Origin: an uncultured Pelolinea sp.
Lineage (GTDB): Bacteria > Chloroflexota > Anaerolineae > Anaerolineales > Anaerolineaceae
Direction: 5' to 3'
NCBI GenBank assembly: GCA_964383575.1
Contig: CAYLHI010000001.1
Span: 18,442-82,441 of the forward strand
DNA: 64,000 bases
Every line of letters starts with the position of its first letter. Position 1 is the stretch's first letter. The notes under the pieces are model-generated. The model had not been told where the DNA came from and searched no databases. It saw nothing but the letters and a program-made list of their open reading frames with translations. Below are positions 8,720 to 16,276 of this stretch, in pieces. Both the position numbers and the translations under genes were made by a program.

Positions 8720-8769
8720 AAGGTGTGCCTAAATATTTTAATGATTTTATATAAGGCACTCCTAATAAT

Positions 8770-9753
8770 ATGAACTCGCAAAAATTAGAGCTTTCAAGCA
8801 GCATGCAGATGTACCTGGTCAAGATTAAACGTATGGAAAGTGAGTTTAATCCAGTACCTCTTTCCCTTCTCGCAGAATCTCTGCAGATTTCTCCGGTATC
8901 CGCTAATGAGATGTGCCGGAAACTAGATGAGATGGAGCTGATCCGGTACCAACCTTACAAAGGAGCCAGTTTATCTGATGAAGGGAATCTGCAAGCTGAA
9001 AAAATCTTAAGAAATCATCGGCTCTGGGAAGTTTTTCTGGTTGAAAATCTACATTTTGATTACCTGACAGCTCATCAAATGGCGGATGATCTGGAGCACG
9101 CAACCTCCAAAGAATTGGCTGATCAACTGGATGAATTTCTCGGCTGCCCAAAATTCAACCCGGAGGGAAAAGAGATACCTGCGGGAGACAAAGCCGGCCG
9201 CAATATACAAACGATGAAACTATCGGAAATGGGGGTTGGATCCGAAGGATATTATTTCAGTGATGAACTTGATGAAAATATAGCTGAATTTTTTTCAGAT
9301 GTAAATCTCAGAAAAGGAGAGCGGCTTAAGGTGCTTGGAAAAACCTCCAGCCAAATGATCATTCAAGCCGGAGATGAATTTATTCATCTCAGCAGAGAGA
9401 TTGCTGAAAAAATCGCAACTGCAAAGTTAGAAACCAACACATCCAATGACAGCAGAGACAGCGCTGTTAATAAAACCAACAAGGAGAAGGCTATGCAAGA
9501 AAAGATAATTAAAAAGAAAACATTGAAGGATTTAAAAATAGGCCAAACAGGTGTGGTTGTCCGTGTTAAAGGAAAGGGATCCATCAAACAGCGAATGATG
9601 GATATGGGACTGGTGCCCGGAAGCGAGGTCAAAGTAATCCGCGTTGCTCCATTGGGAGACCCGATTGAAATCATGATAAAGGGATATAACCTCTCGTTGC
9701 GTAAAAGCGAAGCCCAAGATATTGAGATTGAAACCAGCGGGGAGAATGAATGA
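8770..9753 (+). CDS. DtxR/MntR-family metal-dependent repressor with C-terminal FeoA (SH3-like) domain
   Basis: N-terminus 'MQMYLVKIKRM...LAESLQISPVSANEMCRKLDEMELIRYQPYKGASLSDEGNLQAEKILRNHRLWEVFLVENL' is the DtxR HTH plus dimerisation region. C-terminus 'LKIGQTGVVVRVKGKGSIKQRMMDMGLVPGSEVKVIRVAPLGDPIEI' is FeoA-like. Confidence 0.85.
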   Translation: MNSQKLELSSSMQMYLVKIKRMESEFNPVPLSLLAESLQISPVSANEMCRKLDEMELIRYQPYKGASLSDEGNLQAEKILRNHRLWEVFLVENLHFDYLTAHQMADDLEHATSKELADQLDEFLGCPKFNPEGKEIPAGDKAGRNIQTMKLSEMGVGSEGYYFSDELDENIAEFFSDVNLRKGERLKVLGKTSSQMIIQAGDEFIHLSREIAEKIATAKLETNTSNDSRDSAVNKTNKEKAMQEKIIKKKTLKDLKIGQTGVVVRVKGKGSIKQRMMDMGLVPGSEVKVIRVAPLGDPIEIMIKGYNLSLRKSEAQDIEIETSGENE

Positions 9754-9974
9754 TGCCGCTGAGTATGGCTCCAGCAGGCACAACGCTTAAGATTGTAGGA
9801 TTCAGGGGCGGCTTTGGCATGCGCAGGCGCCTGGCTGATCTAGGAATGAATATCGGCATGGAAATATCCGTTGTATCAACCTACCAACGCGGACCATTGG
9901 TGGTCTTGATTAAAGGATCAAGGTTCGCAATCGGACGGGGAATCGCCCATCATGTTTTTGTTAAACCAAAATAA
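9750..9974 (+). CDS. feoA: ferrous iron transport protein A
   Basis: 74 aa with 'LKIVGFRGGFGMRRRLADLGMNIGMEISVV...GPLVVLIKGSRFAIGRGIA'. ATGA overlap with the upstream gene. Confidence 0.85.
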   Translation: MMPLSMAPAGTTLKIVGFRGGFGMRRRLADLGMNIGMEISVVSTYQRGPLVVLIKGSRFAIGRGIAHHVFVKPK

Positions 9975-10002
9975 GTAATCAAACAAAAAGGAGTAATTTT
10001 CG

Positions 10003-10497
10003 ATGAAAGAATTTACAGTCGCACTTGCGGGAAACCCCAATTGCGGAAAAAGTACAATTTTTAATGTTCTCACCGGATCTCACCAGCATGTTGGAAATTG
10101 GCCGGGAAAAACTGTGGAAAAAAAGGAAGGGCATTTCACTCATAATGGTAAGAAGGTGAAGGTTGTGGATCTTCCGGGAACGTACAGTCTCTCAGCTTTT
10201 TCAATGGAAGAAATAATTGCCAGGGACTATATCCTTGATGAGCGGCCGGATATAGTCGTTGCGGTTGTGGATTCAACTAATCTTGAACGCAACTTATATC
10301 TGGCTGTACAACTGCTTGAACTTGGCGCGCGAGTGATTATAGATCTCAATATGAGTGATCTAGCAAAGTCTAACCGCATCGAAATTGACACCGATAAACT
10401 GGCCTTTGCGCTTCAATCCGAAATCATACAAACGATTGGGAGCAAAGGAGACGGTGTTGAGCAATTGAAAGATTTAATATCAACATATTATCAATAA
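10003..10497 (+). CDS. feoB: FeoB G-domain (stand-alone GTPase part of a split FeoB)
   Basis: 'ALAGNPNCGKSTIFNVLTG' (G1), 'GNWPGKTVEKKEG' and 'DLPGTYSL' (G3). Ends at the G-domain/helical-domain boundary. Confidence 0.85.
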   Translation: MKEFTVALAGNPNCGKSTIFNVLTGSHQHVGNWPGKTVEKKEGHFTHNGKKVKVVDLPGTYSLSAFSMEEIIARDYILDERPDIVVAVVDSTNLERNLYLAVQLLELGARVIIDLNMSDLAKSNRIEIDTDKLAFALQSEIIQTIGSKGDGVEQLKDLISTYYQ

Positions 10498-10507
10498 ATG
10501 GAGAGGA

Positions 10508-12238
10508 ATGATGATTACACAAACAATTGAGAAACGCAATTTCTCAATCCAATACGGCAAAGCAATAGAGGAAGAAATCAGCAAACTGCAAAGCGAAATC
10601 AAAAAAAACGAGCGCTTAACCTCGCGTTTTGAAAGCCGCTGGCTGGCAATCAAATTGATTGAAAGCGATCCAAACATCTCGGAAAAAATAACAGCAATAG
10701 AAGGCGGAGGCGAGGTGATTGAATTGTCAAAAAAATCCGTCGAGAAGCTTGAAAAAAGATTTTCCGATGATCTGGGTTCAATTTTTGCAGATAAACGGTA
10801 TGGATGGATTAACGGCCTGGTTAAAGAAATAGTTGACAAGAGCCAAGCTGACCGTATCTCGATGAGCGATCAGATCGATAAAATCGTCACGAACCGAATC
10901 CTTGGAATCCCGATTTTTCTAGCAATGATGTGGGCTGTCTTCAAATTCACAACCGATGGTGCCGGACCTTTTTTGGATTGGGTAGATGGTGTTATCGGCG
11001 GACCGATCACCAATTGGGTGGAGAGTTTAATCAACCTTGTAGATTTAGGCGGGACGTGGGTGGAGAGCCTTTTTATTGACGGCATAATCGCGGGCGTAGG
11101 CGGCGTGATGGTTTTTGTTCCCGTTATGCTTTCGCTATATTTTGCGCTGGCAATACTGGAGGATTCGGGTTATTTGGCCCGTGCCGCATTTGTTATGGAC
11201 CGCCTCATGCACAGTCTCGGACTGCATGGAAAAAGCTTTATATGTATGATTATTGGGTTTGGCTGCACTGTGCCGGCCGTTTATGCAACCCGCACACTTG
11301 AAAATGAAAAGGATAGGTTATTAACTGGACTGCTGGTTCCTTTTATGAGCTGCGGTGCACGTTTGCCAGTGTACGTGCTATTCGCATCCATCTTTTTCCC
11401 GCAGAACAGCAATACCGTCATTTTTCTACTGTATTTAACGGGCATTGTAGTAGCCATGATACTTGGTGTAATGTTGAGCGGAACACTTTTCAAAAACCGC
11501 GAACGCTCTCCTTTTGTTTTGGAACTTCCCCCATACCGCATGCCAACCCTGCGAAATATTTGGTTCTTGATGTGGGAGAGAACTTCTGCATTTGTGCACA
11601 AAGCTTTCTCATTTATTATGATTACCAGCATTATCATATGGCTTTTAATTGCCATTCCGGTGAATGGGGGCGCATTTGCTGAATCCGAAGTGGAAGACAG
11701 CAGTTTCGCTTACGTAAGCCGGGTAATTGCGCCGGTTTTCCAGCCCACTGGCTTCGCCAGCTGGCAGAACACGGGAGCCCTGGTGACCGGTTTCGTTGCC
11801 AAAGAAGTGGTTGTTGGGACGATGGGACAAATTTTCAAAGTTGAAGAGGCAGAAGAAGAAATGGCCACAACATCATTTTTTCAAGACCTTATCGAAGTTG
11901 TTTCCAGCTTTTTCTCCACAGTGGTGGATACCATAAAATCAATTCCGCTGATTATCGGTATAGACCTTTTTGAAAGTGAAGACGAAGATACAGGTACTGA
12001 ACTGATGGCTGTTGTTAAAGATCATTTCGAAGAAGTCAGCGGCGGCCACGGTGCACTGGCCAGCGTTGCTTTTATGGTGTTTATACTACTCTACACTCCC
12101 TGCATGGTTGCTGTTGCAGCCCAGCTGCAGGAATTTGGCGTAAAATGGGCAATCTTTGGAGCACTATTGGAATTGGTTGTAGCATATATCGCTTCTGTAA
12201 TCGTTTTCCAGGGAGGGTTGCTGTTAGGATTGGGGTAA
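10508..12238 (+). CDS. feoB: FeoB helical (GDI) plus membrane permease part of a split FeoB
   Basis: 'RWLAIKLIESDPNI' and 'ADKRYGWINGLVKEIV', followed by gate-motif-type TM segments. Own GGAGAGG RBS. Different reading frame from the G-domain ORF. Confidence 0.85.
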   Translation: MMITQTIEKRNFSIQYGKAIEEEISKLQSEIKKNERLTSRFESRWLAIKLIESDPNISEKITAIEGGGEVIELSKKSVEKLEKRFSDDLGSIFADKRYGWINGLVKEIVDKSQADRISMSDQIDKIVTNRILGIPIFLAMMWAVFKFTTDGAGPFLDWVDGVIGGPITNWVESLINLVDLGGTWVESLFIDGIIAGVGGVMVFVPVMLSLYFALAILEDSGYLARAAFVMDRLMHSLGLHGKSFICMIIGFGCTVPAVYATRTLENEKDRLLTGLLVPFMSCGARLPVYVLFASIFFPQNSNTVIFLLYLTGIVVAMILGVMLSGTLFKNRERSPFVLELPPYRMPTLRNIWFLMWERTSAFVHKAFSFIMITSIIIWLLIAIPVNGGAFAESEVEDSSFAYVSRVIAPVFQPTGFASWQNTGALVTGFVAKEVVVGTMGQIFKVEEAEEEMATTSFFQDLIEVVSSFFSTVVDTIKSIPLIIGIDLFESEDEDTGTELMAVVKDHFEEVSGGHGALASVAFMVFILLYTPCMVAVAAQLQEFGVKWAIFGALLELVVAYIASVIVFQGGLLLGLG

Positions 12239-12425
12239 GCTGTGTGCATTATCGCATGAGTGCTCCTTTGGCGTAGTCATCTGAGGAGCATTCATCTTAT
12301 CGCAACTTACCCTTCTTTGACTTTTAAAGTTGCATCTAAGAAAGCGTCTGTCAAGGTTTTTCGAATAAATAAACTCCTTTTTAAGGTTGTTTACAAGGCA
12401 CTCTTTAACCGATGCATCTAACCGT

Positions 12426-12452
12426 GCTCAACCATGGGCTGAGATCCCAATC
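12426..12452. repeat. 27-bp exact direct repeat, copy 1 (intergenic)
   Basis: GCTCAACCATGGGCTGAGATCCCAATC is identical to 14199..14225, which is coding sequence of the LuxR-type gene. Confidence 0.95.
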
Positions 12453-12489
12453 ATAATCACCATTTGAATCAAGGAATTGCCCATATATA

Positions 12490-12518
12490 TGAAAAACTCC
12501 TGATACAAAATCAGGAGT
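12490..12518 (-). terminator. rho-independent terminator of the radical SAM gene
   Basis: ACTCCTGAT-ACAAA-ATCAGGAGT is a 9-bp stem. On the minus strand it is followed by TTTTTC. Confidence 0.6.
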
Positions 12519-12601
12519 ATAGATTCTGATAGCCATACGATTTTGCTATCTTGTATTCACAATTTCATTTTATGAACAGAATTCTCTTTTAAAAGGAATG
12601 G

Positions 12602-14095
12602 CTACCCTGATACGTGCTGTTCACTGACCTTTCGGAAATGGAAGCCGTATATCGAGTACGTGATCGCCAATGGAAACAGATCTGGTTTCTTGAACAGAGT
12701 CCAGAAAAATAACTTCCAGTAATGCTTGCGTTCTTTCCCGAATATGCCAAGCTGAAAAATCGACCGTATTAATGCGATGAAGTTGCGCCAGATCATGTCG
12801 AAATTAATGTGCGGCTTTATTTTTTTCCGGTGATATTCCTGCAGGAGAATTTTAACGCGCTGGTAATATAATTCGGGAGAATAGATCTGCCGGATCAATT
12901 TACGATAGCGCTCTTTTAACTTGTCAATATTCATACGCGTGATGATATTAGTTGAGCCATCCACGTTGTCACCGGAAATATTCTTGATCAGCCGACCGGC
13001 TTTGCGCATGCGCTCATAGAGCATAGTACCGATTGGGGCCTGCAAGATACCCACCATTGCAGTTACAATACCGCTCTTTTGAATGAAGTCGAGCAGATGC
13101 TGGAATGTGGAAGGAGTATCATGGTCAAATCCCACAATAAAGCCGCCCTGAACCTGCATGCCTGCCCTCTGGATTTTTCTGACATCTACTAACATATCCC
13201 TGTTCAGATTCTGGCGCTTGCTGCATTCTTTAAGGTTGCTCTCATCCGGGGTTTCGATACCGATGAAGACCTGGTTAAAGCCTGCTTTGACCATCAATTC
13301 CATCAATTCAGAATCATCCGCCAGGTTAATTGATGCTTCTGTGTGAAAGTAAATGCCGGATTTATCCTTACGCCATTCGATCAGTGCGGGAAGAAGGTCC
13401 TTCTTCAGCACCTGTTTATTACCAATGAAGTTATCATCCACAAAGAATATGCCGCTGCGCCAGCCGCTTTTATACAACATATCTAGTTCTGTAACTATTT
13501 GTGCAGATGTTTTCACGCGCACACGGCGGCCGAGCAGAGCAGTTATATTGCAGAAATCACAGTTGAAGGGGCAGCCGCGCGAGTACTGCATGGCCATAGT
13601 CGCATAGTCATTAAAATTAATCAGATTCCACATTGGCGGCGGGGTTTTGTGCATATCCGCATATTTATCAGTAATATATTTTTTTTGGGGCCGTTCGGCG
13701 CCTAGATCTTTGAGAAATTCCACCAGTGTGATCTCGGCTTCATTGAGGACAAAATGATCCACGCCCTTAAACCCCTCAGATTCAGTAGTAAAGAGTGGGC
13801 CGCCGGCAACAACTTTTACGCCGATTTCATTGCAGCGGCGGATCACTTCTTTGGCTGATTCACGCTGGACGGTCATTGCGGAAATAAAAATAAAATCCGC
13901 CCATGCCAGATCCCTATCTTTTAACCGCTGACAATTCATATCGACCAGCTTCCTTTCCCATTCCGCCGGCAGCATGCTTGCAATTGTCAGCAAACCCAGC
14001 GGCGGGGAGGAGGCTTTCTTATGAATAAACTTCAATGCGTATTTGAAACTCCAGAATGTATCTGGAAATTCAGGATATATCAGTAATATTTTCAT
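12602..14095 (-). CDS. B12-binding-domain radical SAM protein (with DUF4070-like C-terminus)
   Basis: N-terminal cobalamin-binding-like 'MKILLIYPEFPDTFWSF...PPLGLLTIASMLP'. Radical SAM cluster 'YSRGCPFNCDFCN' (CxxxCxxC). Confidence 0.85.
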   Translation of the reverse strand: MKILLIYPEFPDTFWSFKYALKFIHKKASSPPLGLLTIASMLPAEWERKLVDMNCQRLKDRDLAWADFIFISAMTVQRESAKEVIRRCNEIGVKVVAGGPLFTTESEGFKGVDHFVLNEAEITLVEFLKDLGAERPQKKYITDKYADMHKTPPPMWNLINFNDYATMAMQYSRGCPFNCDFCNITALLGRRVRVKTSAQIVTELDMLYKSGWRSGIFFVDDNFIGNKQVLKKDLLPALIEWRKDKSGIYFHTEASINLADDSELMELMVKAGFNQVFIGIETPDESNLKECSKRQNLNRDMLVDVRKIQRAGMQVQGGFIVGFDHDTPSTFQHLLDFIQKSGIVTAMVGILQAPIGTMLYERMRKAGRLIKNISGDNVDGSTNIITRMNIDKLKERYRKLIRQIYSPELYYQRVKILLQEYHRKKIKPHINFDMIWRNFIALIRSIFQLGIFGKERKHYWKLFFWTLFKKPDLFPLAITYSIYGFHFRKVSEQHVSG

Positions 14096-14171
14096 AATTT
14101 ATTCACCATCCTTTAACATAACACAAAACATAAGTGATAGTTGTCTTGAATTCAAGTGTTATTCGCTACCT

Positions 14172-14600
14172 TCATTTCCAGATAGGAGACCATTCGCCGC
14201 TCAACCATGGGCTGAGATCCCAATCGGCGAGCAGCCGGCACAGCTCGCGGCGCGAGGAAAGATTGAATTTACGCAGGATATGGCGGACATGGGTCTTAAC
14301 CGTTTCCGGCGAAACCACCAGCTTAGCTGCAATCTGGCGCCCGGTCAGATCGGCACACACAAGAGCAGCCACCTGCTTCTCGCGTGGGGAGAGCGCGTCC
14401 CAACTGCGATGGGCGCGGTCCATCTGGCAGCGGTTCTTGACCGCCTGATCCAGCAGGATAAGGATCATTTCATCCGGCTGATGCCCTTCACGCACGGATA
14501 GGTCCTGTACCGAACGCAGCAGATCATCATCAGCCCTATCGGATATACGACTTATGTCTGCGCGCTCAATTACTTCCTGAAGCTGCTGCCAGAGTGTCAT
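14172..14600 (-). CDS. LuxR/GerE-family HTH transcriptional regulator (no receiver domain)
   Basis: 'LSPREKQVAALVCADLTGRQIAAKLVVSPETVKTHVRHILRKFNLSSRRELCRLL'. GC-rich compared with the adjacent 7-kb block. Confidence 0.85.
   Translation of the reverse strand: MTLWQQLQEVIERADISRISDRADDDLLRSVQDLSVREGHQPDEMILILLDQAVKNRCQMDRAHRSWDALSPREKQVAALVCADLTGRQIAAKLVVSPETVKTHVRHILRKFNLSSRRELCRLLADWDLSPWLSGEWSPIWK
14199..14225. repeat. 27-bp exact direct repeat, copy 2 (inside the LuxR-type CDS, encodes DWDLSPWLS)
   Basis: Identical to 12426..12452. Confidence 0.95.
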
Positions 14601-14635
14601 GCAGTCATTATATAGAATTTATGTTCTATTGTCAA
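14601..14635 (-). promoter_or_regulatory. consensus leaderless promoter with SOS-like palindrome filling the spacer
   Basis: Minus strand reads TTGACA-ATAGAACATAAATTCTA-TATAAT-GACTGC-ATG. It has a perfect -35 and -10 with a 17-nt spacer. The ATG is 6 nt after the -10. The spacer carries TAGAACATAAATTCTA (14628..14613). Confidence 0.65.
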
Positions 14636-14778
14636 GCGGTAAAGGACTAATTTAAGAACAGGCAGGCAATCCTGAAATGAGAATTTTTATTAAAGTTGCA
14701 ATCCAGTAAAAAGGGGGCACGCGCAGTGCGTACAGATTAATATTACATACCTGATGATCAAAGCTCAATCAGTAGTTG

Positions 14779-15051
14779 TTATTTTACATTTTTAACATAC
14801 TTGATGTGCGGAAAGAACTGGCGCAGGGTGCCTTCCACCCAGCCTTTCAATGTGGATGGCTGCAGGGGGCACTGCTCGCAGGCACCGCCCATTTTCACTT
14901 TCAGTGTATCCCCGTCAAGGGAAACAAACTCCACCCGTCCGCCGTGGAATTGGGCAATATACGCATCCAATTGATCGATCAATCCCCGCACTTTTTCTTC
15001 GGTTGTGTGATCGTGGCTGTGATTGAAATCCTCTAAATTCATTCTCTTCAC
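14779..15051 (-). CDS. NifU-like (Nfu) Fe-S cluster scaffold domain protein
   Basis: 90 aa with 'GGRVEFVSLDGDTLKVKMGGACEQCPLQPSTLKGWVE'. Confidence 0.75.
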   Translation of the reverse strand: MKRMNLEDFNHSHDHTTEEKVRGLIDQLDAYIAQFHGGRVEFVSLDGDTLKVKMGGACEQCPLQPSTLKGWVEGTLRQFFPHIKYVKNVK

Positions 15052-15065
15052 TAATATACTTTTAA

Positions 15066-15851
15066 CTATTTTACATGACGATCATTCGCTGCCATACGAT
15101 TCACCTGCTTTAAAAAATCAGGCACATTCAACTTTCGCTCCACAATACCTGAGATGTAGCTGTTCATCAGCGCGGAAATTTCCGCCTGCACCGCAGATGG
15201 CACGGATACATCGGTAATATCTGAAAACACGCTGCGCTGAAAGTGGCGTATGAAGCGAAGAGCATTCACAGAAACTTTTCGCGCATGGTTGTGCAGTTCT
15301 CCGCAAGCAGGGCATAATACGCCGCCCTGCACCATAGAAAAATACTGGTCCTGGGCTGTGATCTTCTTTCCGCAACCCACACAGTCCGTCAAGTCCGGGC
15401 GGAACCCAGCCCGATCCAGCAGGCGCAGTTCAAAGAACCGAAGAGCATTGTACGCATCCTTATCCTCATCGATGCGGTTAAGCGTATTCACAAGCAGACG
15501 GAAAACGGCAGGATCTGGTTCTTCTTCAATGGAAAAACGGTCTGTCAATTCCATCACATATGCCGCTTGCGCTGTTTTTATAAGAGAATCCCGAATCGCG
15601 AGATTGTTGTGGATCGCATCCGCCTGAATGATGATCCAGAAAGTTTTTCCCCTCGCCAGCACAACCTTAGAATGCATGAAGGGTTCCAGATAGGCTGCTT
15701 TTCGGGAGCGGATCTTCCTAACCCCTTTTGCCAGTGCTCTAATCTTGCCGCTCTCAAGCGAAAAAAGAGTGACCAACCGGTCTGCTTCACTAAAATCCTT
15801 ATGCGAAATAATGACCGCTTCAACCGTCCTCAGACGTTCTGATGGTTTCAT
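15066..15851 (-). CDS. recO: DNA repair protein RecO
   Basis: N-terminal OB region 'EAVIISHKDFSEADRLVTLFSLESGKIRALAKGVRK'. Zinc motif 'CVGCGK...CPACG'. Confidence 0.85.
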   Translation of the reverse strand: MKPSERLRTVEAVIISHKDFSEADRLVTLFSLESGKIRALAKGVRKIRSRKAAYLEPFMHSKVVLARGKTFWIIIQADAIHNNLAIRDSLIKTAQAAYVMELTDRFSIEEEPDPAVFRLLVNTLNRIDEDKDAYNALRFFELRLLDRAGFRPDLTDCVGCGKKITAQDQYFSMVQGGVLCPACGELHNHARKVSVNALRFIRHFQRSVFSDITDVSVPSAVQAEISALMNSYISGIVERKLNVPDFLKQVNRMAANDRHVK

Positions 15852-15868
15852 AAATTCACATAAAAAAG

Positions 15869-16276
15869 CTACTTTAAATTATCCGCTCCAAAAGCGCCCG
15901 GCAGCAGGTCTGAGAGTTTCTTTTCCGCGATGATCTTCCCTTTGCCATCCGCAATGATGACAAGCATTTCTGGGCTGAACTCAGCCATCACCTGCCGGCA
16001 GGACCCGCAGGGCATACCACCATCTTTGGTTACAATCGCGATAGCCTGGAATTTCCGCTCCCCATTTGAGACTGCCTTGAAAATAGCGGTGCGCTCCGCG
16101 CAGATGGTTACGGAGAAGGCCGCGTTCTCGATATTGACGCCATCGTAGATACGGCCGGAATCGGTCAGCACCGCCGCACCTACCTGGTAATTAGAATACG
16201 GCGTATATGCCCATTTACGCACCTGGCTGGCGATCTTGACCAGATCGATCTTCTGCTCCTGTTCCAGTTTGTTCAT
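15869..16276 (-). CDS. cdd: cytidine deaminase
   Basis: 'CAERTAIFKAV' and 'PCGSCRQVM' zinc-ligand motifs, 135 aa. Confidence 0.9.
   Translation of the reverse strand: MNKLEQEQKIDLVKIASQVRKWAYTPYSNYQVGAAVLTDSGRIYDGVNIENAAFSVTICAERTAIFKAVSNGERKFQAIAIVTKDGGMPCGSCRQVMAEFSPEMLVIIADGKGKIIAEKKLSDLLPGAFGADNLK

Noticed and set aside
8770-9753. DtxR-FeoA fusion as an unusual domain architecture
   Set aside because: DtxR-family repressors commonly carry a C-terminal SH3-like or FeoA-type domain. Only the long linker is atypical, so it is not reported as a finding.
12574-12584. GAACAGAATTC near the radical SAM gene 3' end as a third SOS-like box
   Set aside because: The spacer is only 3 nt and the second half is ATTC. 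It lies downstream of a stop codon, not in a promoter.
14043-14501. 152-aa and 104-aa plus-strand ORFs overlapping the LuxR-type gene
   Set aside because: They are antisense to an ORF with a clear GerE HTH and cross the radical SAM start region. No supporting signals.
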